64,000 bases of DNA from an uncultured Chloroflexia bacterium (GCA_963816675.1 CAWFLS010000003.1:100815-164814), one strand, 5' to 3'; positions 45,982 through 56,682 are shown, counted from the first letter of the stretch. Notes: a model not told the origin generated them from the letters alone. Numbers and translations: made by a program.

Positions 45982-46656
45982 CCGACGTCCGACGGCCGGC
46001 CGCGGTCGTCCCGGGTTCGCTAGGCGTTTTCGGAGGCACATTCGACCCGATCCACATCGGCCATCTTGCGGTCGCGCAGGAGGCGGCCGAGGCGCTCGGG
46101 CTCGAGCGCGTGCGTGTTCGTGCCCGCTGCCCGACCGCCGCACAAACCCGGCGTCGAGTTCGCTCCCGCCGAGGACCGGCTTGCGATGGTCGAGCTCGCG
46201 ATCGCCGACAATCCGTGCTTCGAAGCGAGCCGGATCGAATTGGATCGGCCCGGGCCGTCGTACACGGCGGACACGCTGGCTGAGCTACGAGGCCGTCGGC
46301 GCGGGACCGGGCTCGGCAGCTCTATCCTGATCCTGTCGGCCGACGCTTTCGCCGGCCTGCCGACCTGGCACGAACCGCAGCGCGTACTCTCACTCGCTCG
46401 CCTCGTCGTCGTCCCGCGCGAGGGGTACGCCGACGCGTCAGCCTGCTTCCCTGGACGAGTGGTTCCCGGGAATCTGCTCGACGCGGCTGATCGGGCGGTA
46501 TTCCTCGACGAGCCTCGCCTGCACCTCTCGGCGAGCGACGTTACGGGTCAGCGAGCGGCCGCAGGACGCTCGCTGCGCTATCTCGTCCCGGATGCGGTCC
46601 GCGCGCCATATCGAGGACCATGCACTGTATCCGAGCCAGCCGGAGGAACCCCATGA
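45978..46656 (+). CDS. nadD: Nicotinate-nucleotide adenylyltransferase, with a frameshift near 46110; the exact C-terminus is uncertain
   Basis: The GTG start overlaps the obg stop (GTGA). The product reads [31 protein letters not shown], then in another frame [12 protein letters not shown]...[21 protein letters not shown]...ILSADAF. Confidence 0.8.
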
Positions 46657-47094
46657 TCGTGACCGAACCCTCGATGCCAACCGAGTCCGCGAACGCCCAT
46701 CGCGCCGACGGACTGCCCGCCCGCTCCACACCCGCGCCAGCCTCCGAGCGACCGCCGCTCGACGTGGCCCGCCGGGTGGTCGAGCTCGCAGAGGACAAGA
46801 AGGCGGCCGACATCGTCCTGCTCGACCTTTCCGGTCTGACGACGATGGCCGATTACTTCGTCATCTGCTCAGGCGGGTCGGAACGCCAGCTCGCGCGCCA
46901 TCGCCGATGGCATCCTCGGTGGGCTGCGCGACGAGCGGACGAAGCCGATCGGCAAGGAGGGGACCGCCGCATCGCACTGGATACTGCTCGATTTCGGTGC
47001 CGTCGTCGTCCATATCTTCACGCCGCCCGAGCGCGACTACTACGGCCTCGAGAAGCACTGGTCCGAGGCGAAAACCGTCATCCGGGTCCAGTAA
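46653..47094 (+). CDS. rsfS: Ribosome silencing factor RsfS (Iojap), with a frameshift
   Basis: It reads LDVARRVVELAEDKKAADIVLLDLSGLTTMADYFVICSGGSERQLARAIADGI...HWILLDFGAVVVHIFTPPERDYYGLEKHW. Confidence 0.75.
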
Positions 47095-47200
47095 CCCCCG
47101 CTTTCGACGCGCCGCAGTATCGCGAGTCGGCAGCCGGCTGGCGTGCCGGAGTACTTGCGGGTCATGCCGACGATACGGGGTCACTCCTAGCAGTCCCCGC

Positions 47201-47455
47201 ATGACCGCCGTTCGAGATCGCTGCCCCGCCTGTGCCCGGCGTCTCATCACGACCAGATTCGACACGACGTTCCGTCTCCCCGACCGAAGCGAGCGGCTCT
47301 GTTTCGGCATCCCGGCGGGTCTGTGCGAGGACTGTTCGCAGCTCTACATCGATCCCGAGCTGATCGAGCTGCTAGACCTCGGTGACGGCCAATGTGTCTT
47401 TGCCATCGAGAGCGACCTGGTCGTCCAGGAGCAGGCCTGGTCGTCGGCCGACTGA
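47201..47455 (+). CDS. YgiT/MqsA-type zinc-ribbon protein of 84 aa; an orphan with no helix-turn-helix domain
   Basis: MTAVRDRCPACARRLITTRFDTTFRLPDRSERLCFGIPAGLCEDCSQLYIDPELIELL has the pattern Cx2C, then about 27 aa, then Cx2C. The spacing TRF...IP.G.C..C matches the YgiT-type finger. Confidence 0.45.
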   Translation: MTAVRDRCPACARRLITTRFDTTFRLPDRSERLCFGIPAGLCEDCSQLYIDPELIELLDLGDGQCVFAIESDLVVQEQAWSSAD

Positions 47456-47516
47456 GCCGGGATCGAACGGTCCCTGCCTCATAGCGGAACCGAAACCGAG
47501 CGACGCCCATTCGACC

Positions 47517-47576
47517 TGCGCCGTCGTTCCGCGCGCCGTCGTTGCGTGTGCCGTCGTTCCGTGTGCGTTCGTCGCG
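47517..47576. repeat. Tandem repeat of four 15-nt units in the convergent intergenic region
   Basis: The units are tgcgccgtcgttccg, cgcgccgtcgttgcg, tgtgccgtcgttccg and tgtgcgttcgtcgcg. Confidence 0.6.
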
Positions 47577-47652
47577 CGGTTTGGGGCGCGTCGCGGACGA
47601 GCGCTGGTAAGCCTTCACCCGGTCAAGCCGTACGCCGGTCCCTCCGTGCGGT

Positions 47653-48690
47653 GTGATCGACCACCCACAGCGTGAACGCCAGGCGTCGTTGAGCCTCGTC
47701 GATCTCCATGCCTGGCGCGCCCTTGACCGCGGCGTCCAACTCCACGAGCGCATCGAGCGCGGCGATCAGCTCCGTGGTCGTCCACCCGGCCGCCTGACCG
47801 CTCAGCGTCCGCGCCCGGAATTCGCTGGTGATGCCCATCGCCTTGGCCGCGGCCGGCAATCGTTCCCCGGCCGCGAGGCGGTCGCCGAGCTCCAGCAGCT
47901 CGCGGATCCGCCGATGGAGGACTGCGAGCAGGACCGGTTCAGGGGTGCGTCTCGAGCAGTCGATCGAGGAGCTCGAGCGCCCTGTCGCGTCGGCGTTCAC
48001 CGACCGCATCGGTGAAACCCCAGACCGTGCCGGGGACTGCCTCGGCAACCAGTGCACGGACGTCGTCCGGGCCGATGACGCCGCCCTCGCCCCGGAAGAG
48101 CGCGAGCTTGTCGAGCTCGATCGAGGCGATCCGCGTTTGATGCCGACGTTCGGCGTCACCCTCCTGGACGAAGCCTCCTACCCGCTCCGCCAGCGTCTTC
48201 GCAGTCCCCGGCGCGAGCCGCAGCCCGCGCTCGCGTGCCTCGGCTTCGATCCACCCGGCGAGGGCACCCGCCCTCGGCGACTTGAACTCCCGGACCGTGC
48301 CACCGGCACTGGCGATGGCGTCGACGAGTCGTTTCTGGGCGGGCGCCCGCGCTCCCGACTGGCTGGCCTCGAGGACGACGAGGGCGTTCCCCGGCGCAAC
48401 GAGCGAGATCGCGTTGAGGAACGCATCGCGATGCTCGGTCTTGACCGTCAGTGCGCCGGCGTTGGTGACGACGGCCAATGTCCCGCCACCGAACATGACC
48501 GGGGTCGCGACTCGTTCGTGGAGGTTCGCGAGCAGGCTGGCTGCGGCGTTGCGGTCGCCGCGCAGCTCCCAACGCTCGAGCGGCGCGCCCGTCTCGGCCG
48601 CGAGCGCTGTCGCCATGCGGTCAACGGCGCGGCCCGCCGAAAGCTCGTCGTCGCCCCACAGGTAGGCGAGGGGAGAGGCCGTCACGCGCG
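47653..48690 (-). CDS. holA: DNA polymerase III delta subunit, with frameshifts
   Basis: The N-terminus reads SPLAYLWGDDELSAGRAVDRM. The middle reads PVMFGGGTLAVVTN. The C-terminus reads LHRRIRELLELGDRLAAGE...GITSEFRARTL..AAGWTTTELIAALDALVELDAAVKG...RLAFTLWV. The pieces are in ORFs 47939-49339 and 47623-48159. Confidence 0.7.
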
Positions 48691-48749
48691 GACGTGTTTC
48701 CCGACGGCCGCACGCGGACGCTCGCGGGCCGCCCGCAAGGCCTCGCCGG

Positions 48750-49339
48750 TCCAGCGGAGCCTGCCCAACTTCGTCGGGCTCGACGCCCGCGGCTCGACAG
48801 ACGTCACGCTCGAGTCGTACGGCGCGGAGCCAGATCGTCCGCATCTCGGACTCGTCCCAGCCCTCGGCGTGACCGTCCTTGACGACGAGCAGGTGGCGGC
48901 GTCGCCACCGGTCGAACCGCGCGGCCATCGGCTCGAGGCGCTGCGCGGCACGCTTGTCCGCATAGGCAACGATCCGCTCCTCACGAGACGCGAATCCAGC
49001 CCACTTGCGGTATGCGACTTCGTCGCCGAGTCGGGTGACAGGGTGGTTCGCGACGGCGCGTCCGAGCTCCGGGTGACCGATCCTCGTGAGCCATGCCGCC
49101 GATCCATCCCCGTGGCGAAGACCCCGCGCCGGATCCTCGATCGGCAGTGCCTTGTCGGCGTCGTGGAGGAGTGCCCCTGCCTCGACGACGCGGCGGTCCA
49201 CGGGGATGCCGCGCGCCTCGATCCGCGCCGCCAGCCAGCCCGCGACCTCGGCTACGGCGCGCGAATGCCGGACGAACCAGGGTGGGGGATCGAGGGAGAG
49301 CAGGAGGGAAGCGGCCTCCACGCGGCCGGGAACCGTCAT
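48750..49339 (-). CDS. HD-domain phosphohydrolase, YqeK-like; the 3' end is unclear because it is fused in-frame to holA in the ORF track
   Basis: FVRHSRAVAEVAGWLA...ALLHDADK...IVAYADKRA is the HD motif arrangement of the YqeK family. Confidence 0.5.
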
Positions 49340-49453
49340 CGAACCGATGGTACCCGAGGGTCCGGTCGCGACGCGCGGGGTCGACGACGTGCGACACGAC
49401 GCTTCCGCCTCACACGGCGTACCGGGTCGGGGCGAGATTCCTCGATGAAGAGA

Positions 49454-52133
49454 TCAGGACGCGCCCGGCCCTCGCCGTCCGACCTGGCCAAGCAGCCGAA
49501 CCGTAGGTGGATCCTCCCCGTGCCTGGAGGATCCTGTCCGGGCCTTGGAGGTACCACGGGGAACCGGCGGCGACGGCGTGGGAACGAGTGCGGTCACCGG
49601 GATCGCGCAGAGGAAGCGAGGTGCGAACCGCCTGCCGGCGGTGGTGCCGCCCGCCGCGGTGCGCGACCCACTCGACAACCAGATTGCCGCGAGCTCTGTC
49701 CCCGCCGCTGCCACTGAGCCGCCGCCCGAAGCCTGACTCCCTTCGGTCCGGACCGTCATCCCATCCGAGCCAAAGATCGCGACGACGGTCCCGTCCCGGT
49801 CGGTCCGCAACACGCGCGCACCTGTGGCCGCGAGCCGCGCGAGCGTCGACGCCGCCGGGTGGCCATACGGGTTACCGGCGCCCGCAGATGCGACAGCGAC
49901 CCTCGGCCGGACGGTTTCGACGAATGGTTCGGTGGTGGCCGTCCGGCTGCCATGGTGGGCGACCTTCAGGAAGTCGACGCGGGGAAGGCCATCGGCCAGC
50001 AGGGACGGATCGATGCCGTCCTCGACGTCGCCCATGAGCAGGAAGCGCCGCGGCCCGACCTGCCCGAGGAGCACGACCGAAACGTTGTTGATCCCCGTGC
50101 CACCATCTGGTGGAGCGACCGGCACCTCGCCGCGAACCGGCCAGAGCACATGCATCGCGATGTCGTCGACGGCGAGTCGGTCGCCCGCCGCGATCCCCAG
50201 CCGACGCGGCGCACCGGCGAGCGCCAGCTCGCGCGTGAAGGCCGCGTAGCCGGGACCGGGACCGCGCATGCCGGGCTCGAACACCTGCTGGACGCGATAG
50301 CGTGCAAGGAGCAGGGCCAGACCCGCCACGTGGTCTTCGTGCGGATGAGACAGGATGACGGCGTCGATCCGCCGGTCCCACGGCGGGATCCTGCGATCGA
50401 GCGCGACGAGAAGCCGATTCGGGTCCGGTCCTCCGTCGACCAGCAGCCGGCCCCCGCGTGAACCCTCGACCAGGATCGCATCTCCCTGGCCGACGTCCAA
50501 GCACCGAGATCCGAGGGACCGACGTAGGTCGGGCCGCCACGACGGCTCCCGCTACGGCGAGCGTCACGACGAGGGTCAGGACACTCGCTCGACGGAGCGC
50601 CGCGCCGCGAGTCGAGCCGGCGTTCGCCGGCGGTTCGTCGATCGCCCTGTGACACGACCGCGGGGTTGCCCTGGTCAAGACTCGTCATGCCGACATCGCC
50701 CCGACGTCGGACCCACCAGCTGACCCCGAAGATCCCGGCGCCGGTGCCGACAGCCCCGATGACGTCGAACGGTGCTCCCAGGGTCACGCTCGCGAAGGGA
50801 AGGCCGGCCGCTCCCTGAACCACGGCGACAAGGACGCGCAGGATCACCCAGCCCGGGGCAGCGAGCACCGCGCCGAATACCGCAGGTCCGCCCGCAAGGA
50901 CGAGCGCGCCGCCGCCCAGAGCCACGAGCCCTGCCGCCATCGCGGGCGCAACCAGCGGGACGACGACGAGGTTCACCGCAGGTGAGAGGATCGCCAAGCG
51001 ACCGAACGAGGCGAGGACGATCGGCAGCGTGGCCGCTTGAGCGGCGAGCGAAACCCCAAGACTTTCAGCGAGCCAACGGGGCAGCCGTCCGCGGCCCATC
51101 GACTCGAACCATCCGGTGAGCGGCGTCGCCCAGGCGATCAGTCCCGCCGTCGCCAGCGACGAGAGCTGAAAGCCGGCGTCGCGGATCAAACCGGGATCGG
51201 CCACGAGGAGCAGCACCGCGGCCCAGCCGAGCGCTGCTCGGGCACGTCCTGCGCGCCCGCTCTCGCGAGCGACCAGGACGACGCCCGCCATTAGCGCCGC
51301 TCGAACGACCGATGGCGAGGCACCGGCGAACAGGACGTACGGCAACGATGGCAACGATCGTGACGACGGACCGTCGGCGTCGACCGAGACCCCCGGCAAC
51401 GGCCGCGACGGCAGCGGCGACGATGGCGATGTTCCAGCCGGAGATCGCGACGACATGGCTGACACCCGCGGTGGTGAAAGCTGCGGCAAGTTCGCGGTCG
51501 ACCCGATCCCGGAGGCCGATCAGGATCCCCGCGGCCAGTCCCGCCTCCGGTTCAGGGAGTGCCACCGCAAGGGCCTCTGCCGCGGCCCGACGAAGGTCCT
51601 CCAGCCGACGACCGATGTCAGCCGGTGCCGGTTCAACGGTCAGGGATCGTGCCGTCACGGTCCCGACGGCGCCGATCCGGCGGAGGTACTCACCGTACGG
51701 CGAGTCCGGTCTCGCCCGGATGGCCCCACTGATCGAGACCCTGTCGCCGGGCAGGACCTGCGGGTAGCGTGGCAACGTGGCCGCAACCCGAAACGCGGAG
51801 CTGGCCCCCGGCCGGGTGCCCAACGTGGCCGTTTGTTGACCGTCACGCGGCGACCCGACGGCCTCGACTTCGAGCGCCCACGGCCCGTTGCCACGCGGTG
51901 GCTCGGCGAGGGTCGACGATGCCGGCATCACCGCGAGGCGCAGGACGATCAGTCCCGCACCAACGACGATCGGCCACCCGCCTCGACCCAGCCCCTCCGC
52001 TCGAACCCCGCGCAGCGAGCAGCAGTACGGCCGCAACGAGTGCAACCACGGCGCCGAGGTGGCTCGTGCTTAGTAGGCCGGCCCCAAGTGCCGCCGCCAC
52101 GGCGCCGATCGCAAGGCGCTCGCTTCGGCCCAC
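49454..52133 (-). CDS. comEC: DNA internalisation competence protein ComEC/Rec2 (DUF4131, competence membrane domain and C-terminal MBL domain), with frameshifts
   Basis: The N-terminal transmembrane region is in ORF 51843-52133. The DUF4131/ComEC membrane core is in ORFs 51065-52045 and 49966-51489 (VSHVVAISGWNIAIV...). The C-terminal metallo-beta-lactamase domain is ORF 49454-50500 (ILSHPHEDHVAGL...KVAHHGS). Confidence 0.75.
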
Positions 52134-52134
52134 G

Positions 52135-52845
52135 TCAAGGCACCGCGACGAGGGCCTTGAGTTTCTCGAACGTCTTCTCGCCGACGAGCTTTCTCGTCCG
52201 AAGGTCCTGGACGGACGCGAACGGTTGCTCTTCGCGTGAGGCGATGATCTTGGCCGCCGTCGCCGGCCCGACCCCCGGCAGCGTGTCGAGTTCCGTCGCC
52301 GTCGCCCGGTTCAGACTTATCGGTGCGCCCGTACCTGGCGGTGCCTGGCTTGCCGCAGCCCGGGGACCGACTGCCGCGCCGCCGGGTGCGACCGAGGTCG
52401 CCGTGTCGTCGCGTGACGGCACTCGAACCTGGTCGCCGTCGTGAAGCGGCGCCGCCAGGTTCAGCTCGCTCGCGGCGCGGCCGGTGTCCACCCGCGGGCC
52501 GAAGCCGCCGGCAGCGGCAACGAGGTCCCCGACACGTGCGTCGGGTGCCAGCCGGAAGACGCCTGGATGAGTCACGGCACCGACGATCTCGACGACCAGC
52601 ACGCGGCCGGCCGTTCCGGCGCTTGGAGACGTCGCGACTCGCACGCCATCCGAACCGACCGGCTCGAACGATGCCCCGCCGTCGATGACGACCGCCCCCG
52701 CCGATCCTGTCCCGAAGGCAAGGACGAACGCGCCGACGCGCAAGGGCCACGGCCGCAACGACAGCGACGACGGCCGACCTCGGCACTGCGGCCAGCCCGT
52801 GTGGCGGCGCGGGAGGCGTCTGAGCGGGCGCCCCAGGTCCATCTT
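52135..52845 (-). CDS. comEA: Competence protein ComEA (SLBB domain plus helix-hairpin-helix DNA-binding domain)
   Basis: The signal and transmembrane region reads [11 protein letters not shown]. The SLBB domain reads [31 protein letters not shown]. The helix-hairpin-helix domain reads [40 protein letters not shown]. Confidence 0.75.
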   Translation of the reverse strand, partial: KMDLGRPLRRLPRRHTGWPQCRGRPSSLSLRPWPLRVGAFVLAFGTGSAGAVVIDGGASFEPVGSDGVRVATSPSAGTAGRVLVVEIVGAVTHPGVFRLAPDARVGDLVAAAGGFGPRVDTGRAASELNLAAPLHDGDQVRVPSRDDTATSVAPGGAAVGPRAAASQAPPGTGAPISLNRATATELDTLPGVGPATAAKIIASREEQPFASVQDLRTRKLVGEKTFEKLKALVAVP

Positions 52846-53172
52846 CCAGGACGCGCCACGGCGTCGCATTCGGATCCACGTCGACCTCCCCGGCAGGATG
52901 TCCGGCGAAGCCGCAGGGACGACGCGACGCCTCGCCACGTTGGGGGCACTTCCGACGCGGCGAGACGTCGTGCCGAACGTTATCGGTCGCCCCTTATCTG
53001 CCGCTTATCACGACTGTCCTCCGCCGCCGGTGCCGCGATTTCTGGTGCGGCGCGGCACCAGAGAATGGCGACGAAGACCGCAACGGCTGGCGCGTGCTGG
53101 GATGATGCCGCGGCAACTTGGGGCGGTCCTGTGGACCGGCGAGGGCCCCGGGATCATCAGGGAGGGACACCG

Positions 53173-54611
53173 ATGCGACGCAGCCTTGCCATCGTCATGT
53201 GTACAGGCCTCCTGCTTGGCGTTGCTACCGGGGAGCGCCGCTGCCGGCCGCGCAACCAAGTACCACGACCATCACGTGGGCTTCTTCTGCGAGACCCCGC
53301 TCGACGGGGGATTTGCCGCGGTCAACATCGACTCGAGCTCGGCCTTCGGCGACTTCGCGAGCGCAAGCGTTTGGCGGGATCCGGCCATCCCGTACGAGGA
53401 CGCACCCGCGATCAGCGGCTTCGCTGAGACCGTCTCCATCACTCAAGGGACCATCGAGACGAGCTTCAGCGCGACGTTCGATGTATTCGACGGTGACGGG
53501 AATCCGCTGGGGACCGCCGATCTCGAGGCCACGATGACACCGGTCGGCGACCCACAGCCGATCAACGACAAGAGCCACGACGGCAAATATCACAGCAGGG
53601 TCACCGGGACATCACAGCAACTTGAAGGTGCTGCGACTCTTAGCCTGCCGGGCCAGGTCCTGGAGTTCCCGGCCTGCACCGGGGACATCAGCGACGTCAG
53701 CGTGCTCGAGACCAATCCTGCGTTCGTTTCCAAGAATGCCGGCGTCAACATCACCTGCCACTGGCAGACTCCCGACGTGTCCGCTGATTTCTTTGCCGTC
53801 GAGGATCAATTCGGGTTCGCGAGCTTCACGGAGCTCCAGACGGCCGACCTGAATCTCTCGGTGTTCGACACAAGTGGCACCACAGGATCACTCACCGCAA
53901 CGTCGCTGACCGCAACGATCGCGCTCGTCGACGAGGCCACGGGTGACCCGTACTCCGCGCAGGCGACAGCCACCTTGACGGCGACAGGCAGTCCCGTTAA
54001 CTCGACGCTGCTCGGCGCAGACCGTCCGCCGGAAGCTCACGGAGCAGGCTCTCGTGCCGGTCGGTCAGCTCGTCTTCTCGACCGGACAGTCATTCGACTT
54101 CGACCAGGAGCACTGCCGAACTGCCTCGTTCACCAATCAGATCATCGGCACGAGCCCGTCAGGCCCGGAGCAGGGCGGGAAGGCTCCGGCAAACGACGTT
54201 CCGAACGGCGCCCAGGTCGTGAAGGCCGGCACGAAGCTGACGGCGCAGACAAGCACGACGTCGGCGGCCGCTGAAGTGCAGGTCGGAGAGACTTGCCCTG
54301 AGGGCATCGGTGATCAGTTCGGTCACACCCTCTGGTACAAGATCACCGCCACAGGCGCTCCCGTGACCATCGATACGGCCGGGAGCAACTTCGACACCGT
54401 CATCGGCGTGTTCGAGCGGGATGGTGCCGACTACAGCGAGCTGGCCTGCAACGATGACGTCATCTACGAGCCGGTGGGTTCGACCTTCCAGGCGGCGCTG
54501 ACCTTCGACACGGTCGCAGGGCACACCTACTACGTCGAGGTGGGCGGCTACCAGAACTTCTTCGATCCGGAGGATGTCGAGTCCGGGCTCCTCAAGCTCA
54601 AGGTCAGCTAA
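53173..54611 (+). CDS. Secreted hypothetical protein of about 480 aa with a C-terminal domain paralogous to the N-terminal domain of the 14098 protein, with frameshifts
   Basis: The signal peptide is MRRSLAIVMCTGLLL...AAAG, after a frame correction. The C-terminal domain reads APANDVPNGAQVVKAGTKLTAQTSTTSAAAEVQVGETCPEGIGDQFGHTLWYKITATGAPVTIDTAGSNFDTVIGVF...LACNDD...GHTYYVEVGG. Confidence 0.6.
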
Positions 54612-54661
54612 GCGGCATACGTCCGGGGCGTCGCCCGAGCAGCCGGCGCCCCGGCAGAACC

Positions 54662-55066
54662 TCAGCGAGGGAGCCGCTCCCACGGGACCCACTCGGTGCC
54701 GTTCCACCAGCGGTGCCAGGTGCGGCCGTCGTGGCCCTTCGCCCAGACGTCGATCCGGTCCGGGCCCCATGAGGATGCGCCCGGCGTCCCCGTCAGCTCA
54801 CCGCCGAGCGACTCCCATTCGTGCCAGCTCGTGCCGTCCCAATAGCGGTTCCACAGCTCATGGTCCGGGAAGATGGCGAAGACCTGCATCTGGTCGACGG
54901 CCCAGGCAGTCACAGCCGGCCCCGACGACAACGTCCCGCCGAGCGTCTCGGGCGCCGACCAGGCCCCGTCAGAGAACGTCGAGTGGGCGAGCGCACTCTC
55001 GGCATCGACCCAGAAGAGATCGATCCGGCCCTCGCCCCAGGAAACCGCCGCGGTCGCGTCGAACAT
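54662..55066 (-). CDS. Three-repeat beta-propeller-blade protein of 134 aa, AAL/RSL/tectonin-like; a putative fucose-type lectin
   Basis: Three repeats of about 44 aa are visible. The first is VSWGEGRIDLFWVD...FSDGAWSAPETLGG. The second is AWAVDQMQVFAIFPDHELWNRYWDGTSWHEWESLGG. The third is SWGPDRIDVWAKGHDGRTWHRWWNGTEWVPWERL. The spacing of the tryptophans and WDG/WNG matches the AAL/RSL family. Confidence 0.55.
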   Translation of the reverse strand: MFDATAAVSWGEGRIDLFWVDAESALAHSTFSDGAWSAPETLGGTLSSGPAVTAWAVDQMQVFAIFPDHELWNRYWDGTSWHEWESLGGELTGTPGASSWGPDRIDVWAKGHDGRTWHRWWNGTEWVPWERLPR

Positions 55067-55088
55067 CTCCCACCTCCGACGCGAGAGC

Positions 55089-55334
55089 CTACTCCGTCGG
55101 CGCGAGGGTCCGCCCGAGGTCGTCTGCCACGCACTCGTCGAGACGGCGAACGACTACTGCGGCGCCGAGGCTCAGGACCGCGACCGCCTGGGCGACCGGC
55201 CGTCGGACGATCGACCGGTGTGGCGGTTGACCGGCCCTGGCAAGGGCCACGAGGCGGTGATTCTCGACGGTCCGGCCGATCTCTCGGGATCGATCGTCCG
55301 CGAAGTCGGTCGTCAATAGGGTGTAGGGAAACAT
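55089..55334 (-). CDS. Hypothetical protein of about 81 aa
   Basis: The ORF, read from its internal start MFPYTLLTTDFADDRSREIGRTVENHRLVALARAGQ..., has high GC3. No family was recognised. Confidence 0.2.
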   Translation of the reverse strand: MFPYTLLTTDFADDRSREIGRTVENHRLVALARAGQPPHRSIVRRPVAQAVAVLSLGAAVVVRRLDECVADDLGRTLAPTE

Positions 55335-55383
55335 GGCCGTCAGGCTCCGATGGCTGGTCTGAAGTCGGTGGTGAGGAGTCGAG

Positions 55384-55524
55384 CTAGTCGACGAGAGGGC
55401 TGCGGCGGTCAACGCTCCAGAACGTCCAGAGAACCGCCAGGACGATCACCGCCGCCGGGATGAACGCCACATCGAATGCGGCCACCCCGGCGATGACGGT
55501 GAGGCTGATCAGAAGGGCCGACAT
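55384..55524 (-). CDS. Small hydrophobic peptide of 46 aa, a paralogue of the upstream peptide
   Basis: MSALLISLTVIAGVAAFDVAFIPAAVIVLAVLWTFWSVDRRSPLVD. Its N-terminal 20 aa align with the upstream peptide (M.AL.I...VI.G.AA.D.A). Confidence 0.4.
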   Translation of the reverse strand: MSALLISLTVIAGVAAFDVAFIPAAVIVLAVLWTFWSVDRRSPLVD

Positions 55525-55557
55525 GGCTTGATCTGCCTGGGATTCGAGGCGGTCGAA

Positions 55558-55671
55558 TCAGCGCCGGTCTTCGCGGAACCCGTCGCGCGAGTCGGTGCCC
55601 CAAGCGATGCTGGCGGCGTCGAGCGCGGCCAGACCGATGATCACGATCGCGATGATGATCAGTGCTGCCAT
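55558..55671 (-). CDS. Small hydrophobic peptide of 37 aa
   Basis: A strong ribosome-binding site (AAGGAGG) lies 6 nt upstream of the ATG. The product is MAALIIIAIVIIGLAALDAASIAWGTDSRDGFREDRR. Confidence 0.45.
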   Translation of the reverse strand: MAALIIIAIVIIGLAALDAASIAWGTDSRDGFREDRR

Positions 55672-55765
55672 GGTCGGCCTCCTTTGGGACGTAACCCGTT
55701 TCGTAGGTCTTATCGGTTACTTGAGTAATGTAGCCCCTTGCGCGTAACCTGTCAATAGGCGTATT

Positions 55766-56431
55766 GTGGTTACCGAGATGCTTACCAACGCCGTCCAACC
55801 CATCGCCGTGGGTCATGCCCACGACGTCGACCTCGAAGACACCTTCGACTTCCTGAACACCGACGACACCGACAATGGTTTCCCCGCCGAGAAGCTTCCG
55901 ACGCTCGGCGACGCCCTTGACTGGTTCGTCGATCGGGGAGTGATCCACAAGGAAGGCGCCGACTACGTCCGCGCCCAGGCCGCAGCCCAGCCCTCGGCCG
56001 CCGAGAGCGACCTCCGGCGGATCCATGCCGTCCGTGGCGCCATGCGCGAGATCGCTGCCGCGCTCGTCGAGCATCGAGCGCCGGACCCGGCCGCGCTCGA
56101 GACGACGAACCGGGCGCTCCACGCGCGCCAGGTGATCGAGCTCGTGCCCGCCCCTGACGGCGTCAGCGTCGACCATCGCCACGTCGGCGATCCGATCGAT
56201 GACGCGCTCGCCCGGTTGGCGGATCCGCTCGTGGTCGAGCTGACCGGGGGTCACCCGGAGCGGATCAAGATCTGCGCCAGCGAGACCTGCGAGTGGATCT
56301 TCTACGACGACTCACGGACGAGTCGCCGTCGGTGGTGCGACATGGCCACCTGCGGGAACCGTGCGAAGGCGAAGCGGCACCGCGAGCGAGCTGCAGAAAA
56401 GAAGAGCGAGGCGGCTCCACGTGTGGACTGA
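55766..56431 (+). CDS. CGNR zinc-finger / ABATE-domain putative stress-responsive regulator
   Basis: An N-terminal ABATE-like domain is followed by the C-terminal zinc finger IKICASETCEWIFYDDSRTSRRRWCDMATCGNRAKAKRHR. Confidence 0.8.
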   Translation: MVTEMLTNAVQPIAVGHAHDVDLEDTFDFLNTDDTDNGFPAEKLPTLGDALDWFVDRGVIHKEGADYVRAQAAAQPSAAESDLRRIHAVRGAMREIAAALVEHRAPDPAALETTNRALHARQVIELVPAPDGVSVDHRHVGDPIDDALARLADPLVVELTGGHPERIKICASETCEWIFYDDSRTSRRRWCDMATCGNRAKAKRHRERAAEKKSEAAPRVD

Positions 56432-56682
56432 GCGGGGCCGACGCGCCGTTGGCCGCCCGTCGTCGCGTACGAGTCGACGAATCCTGCCTGATCTGGCCTC
56501 GGAGTCGGTTTGAACCTCGGTTTTGGCCACTTCGTGCAGGTTTCGTCGCCTATCAGGCGACGTTATCTGCGTGAGACGGGCCGAACGTCCCGGTTCACGT
56601 GACTCCTGAACGCGCCCAAGCAGGAATCGTCGCCTCTGAAACGACGAGGGCCGGAAGCGTCGCGGCCCGTTGCTGTCGCGGT

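Noticed and set aside
47828-49717. ORF of 629 aa on the plus strand
   Set aside because: It is antisense to holA and the HD gene.
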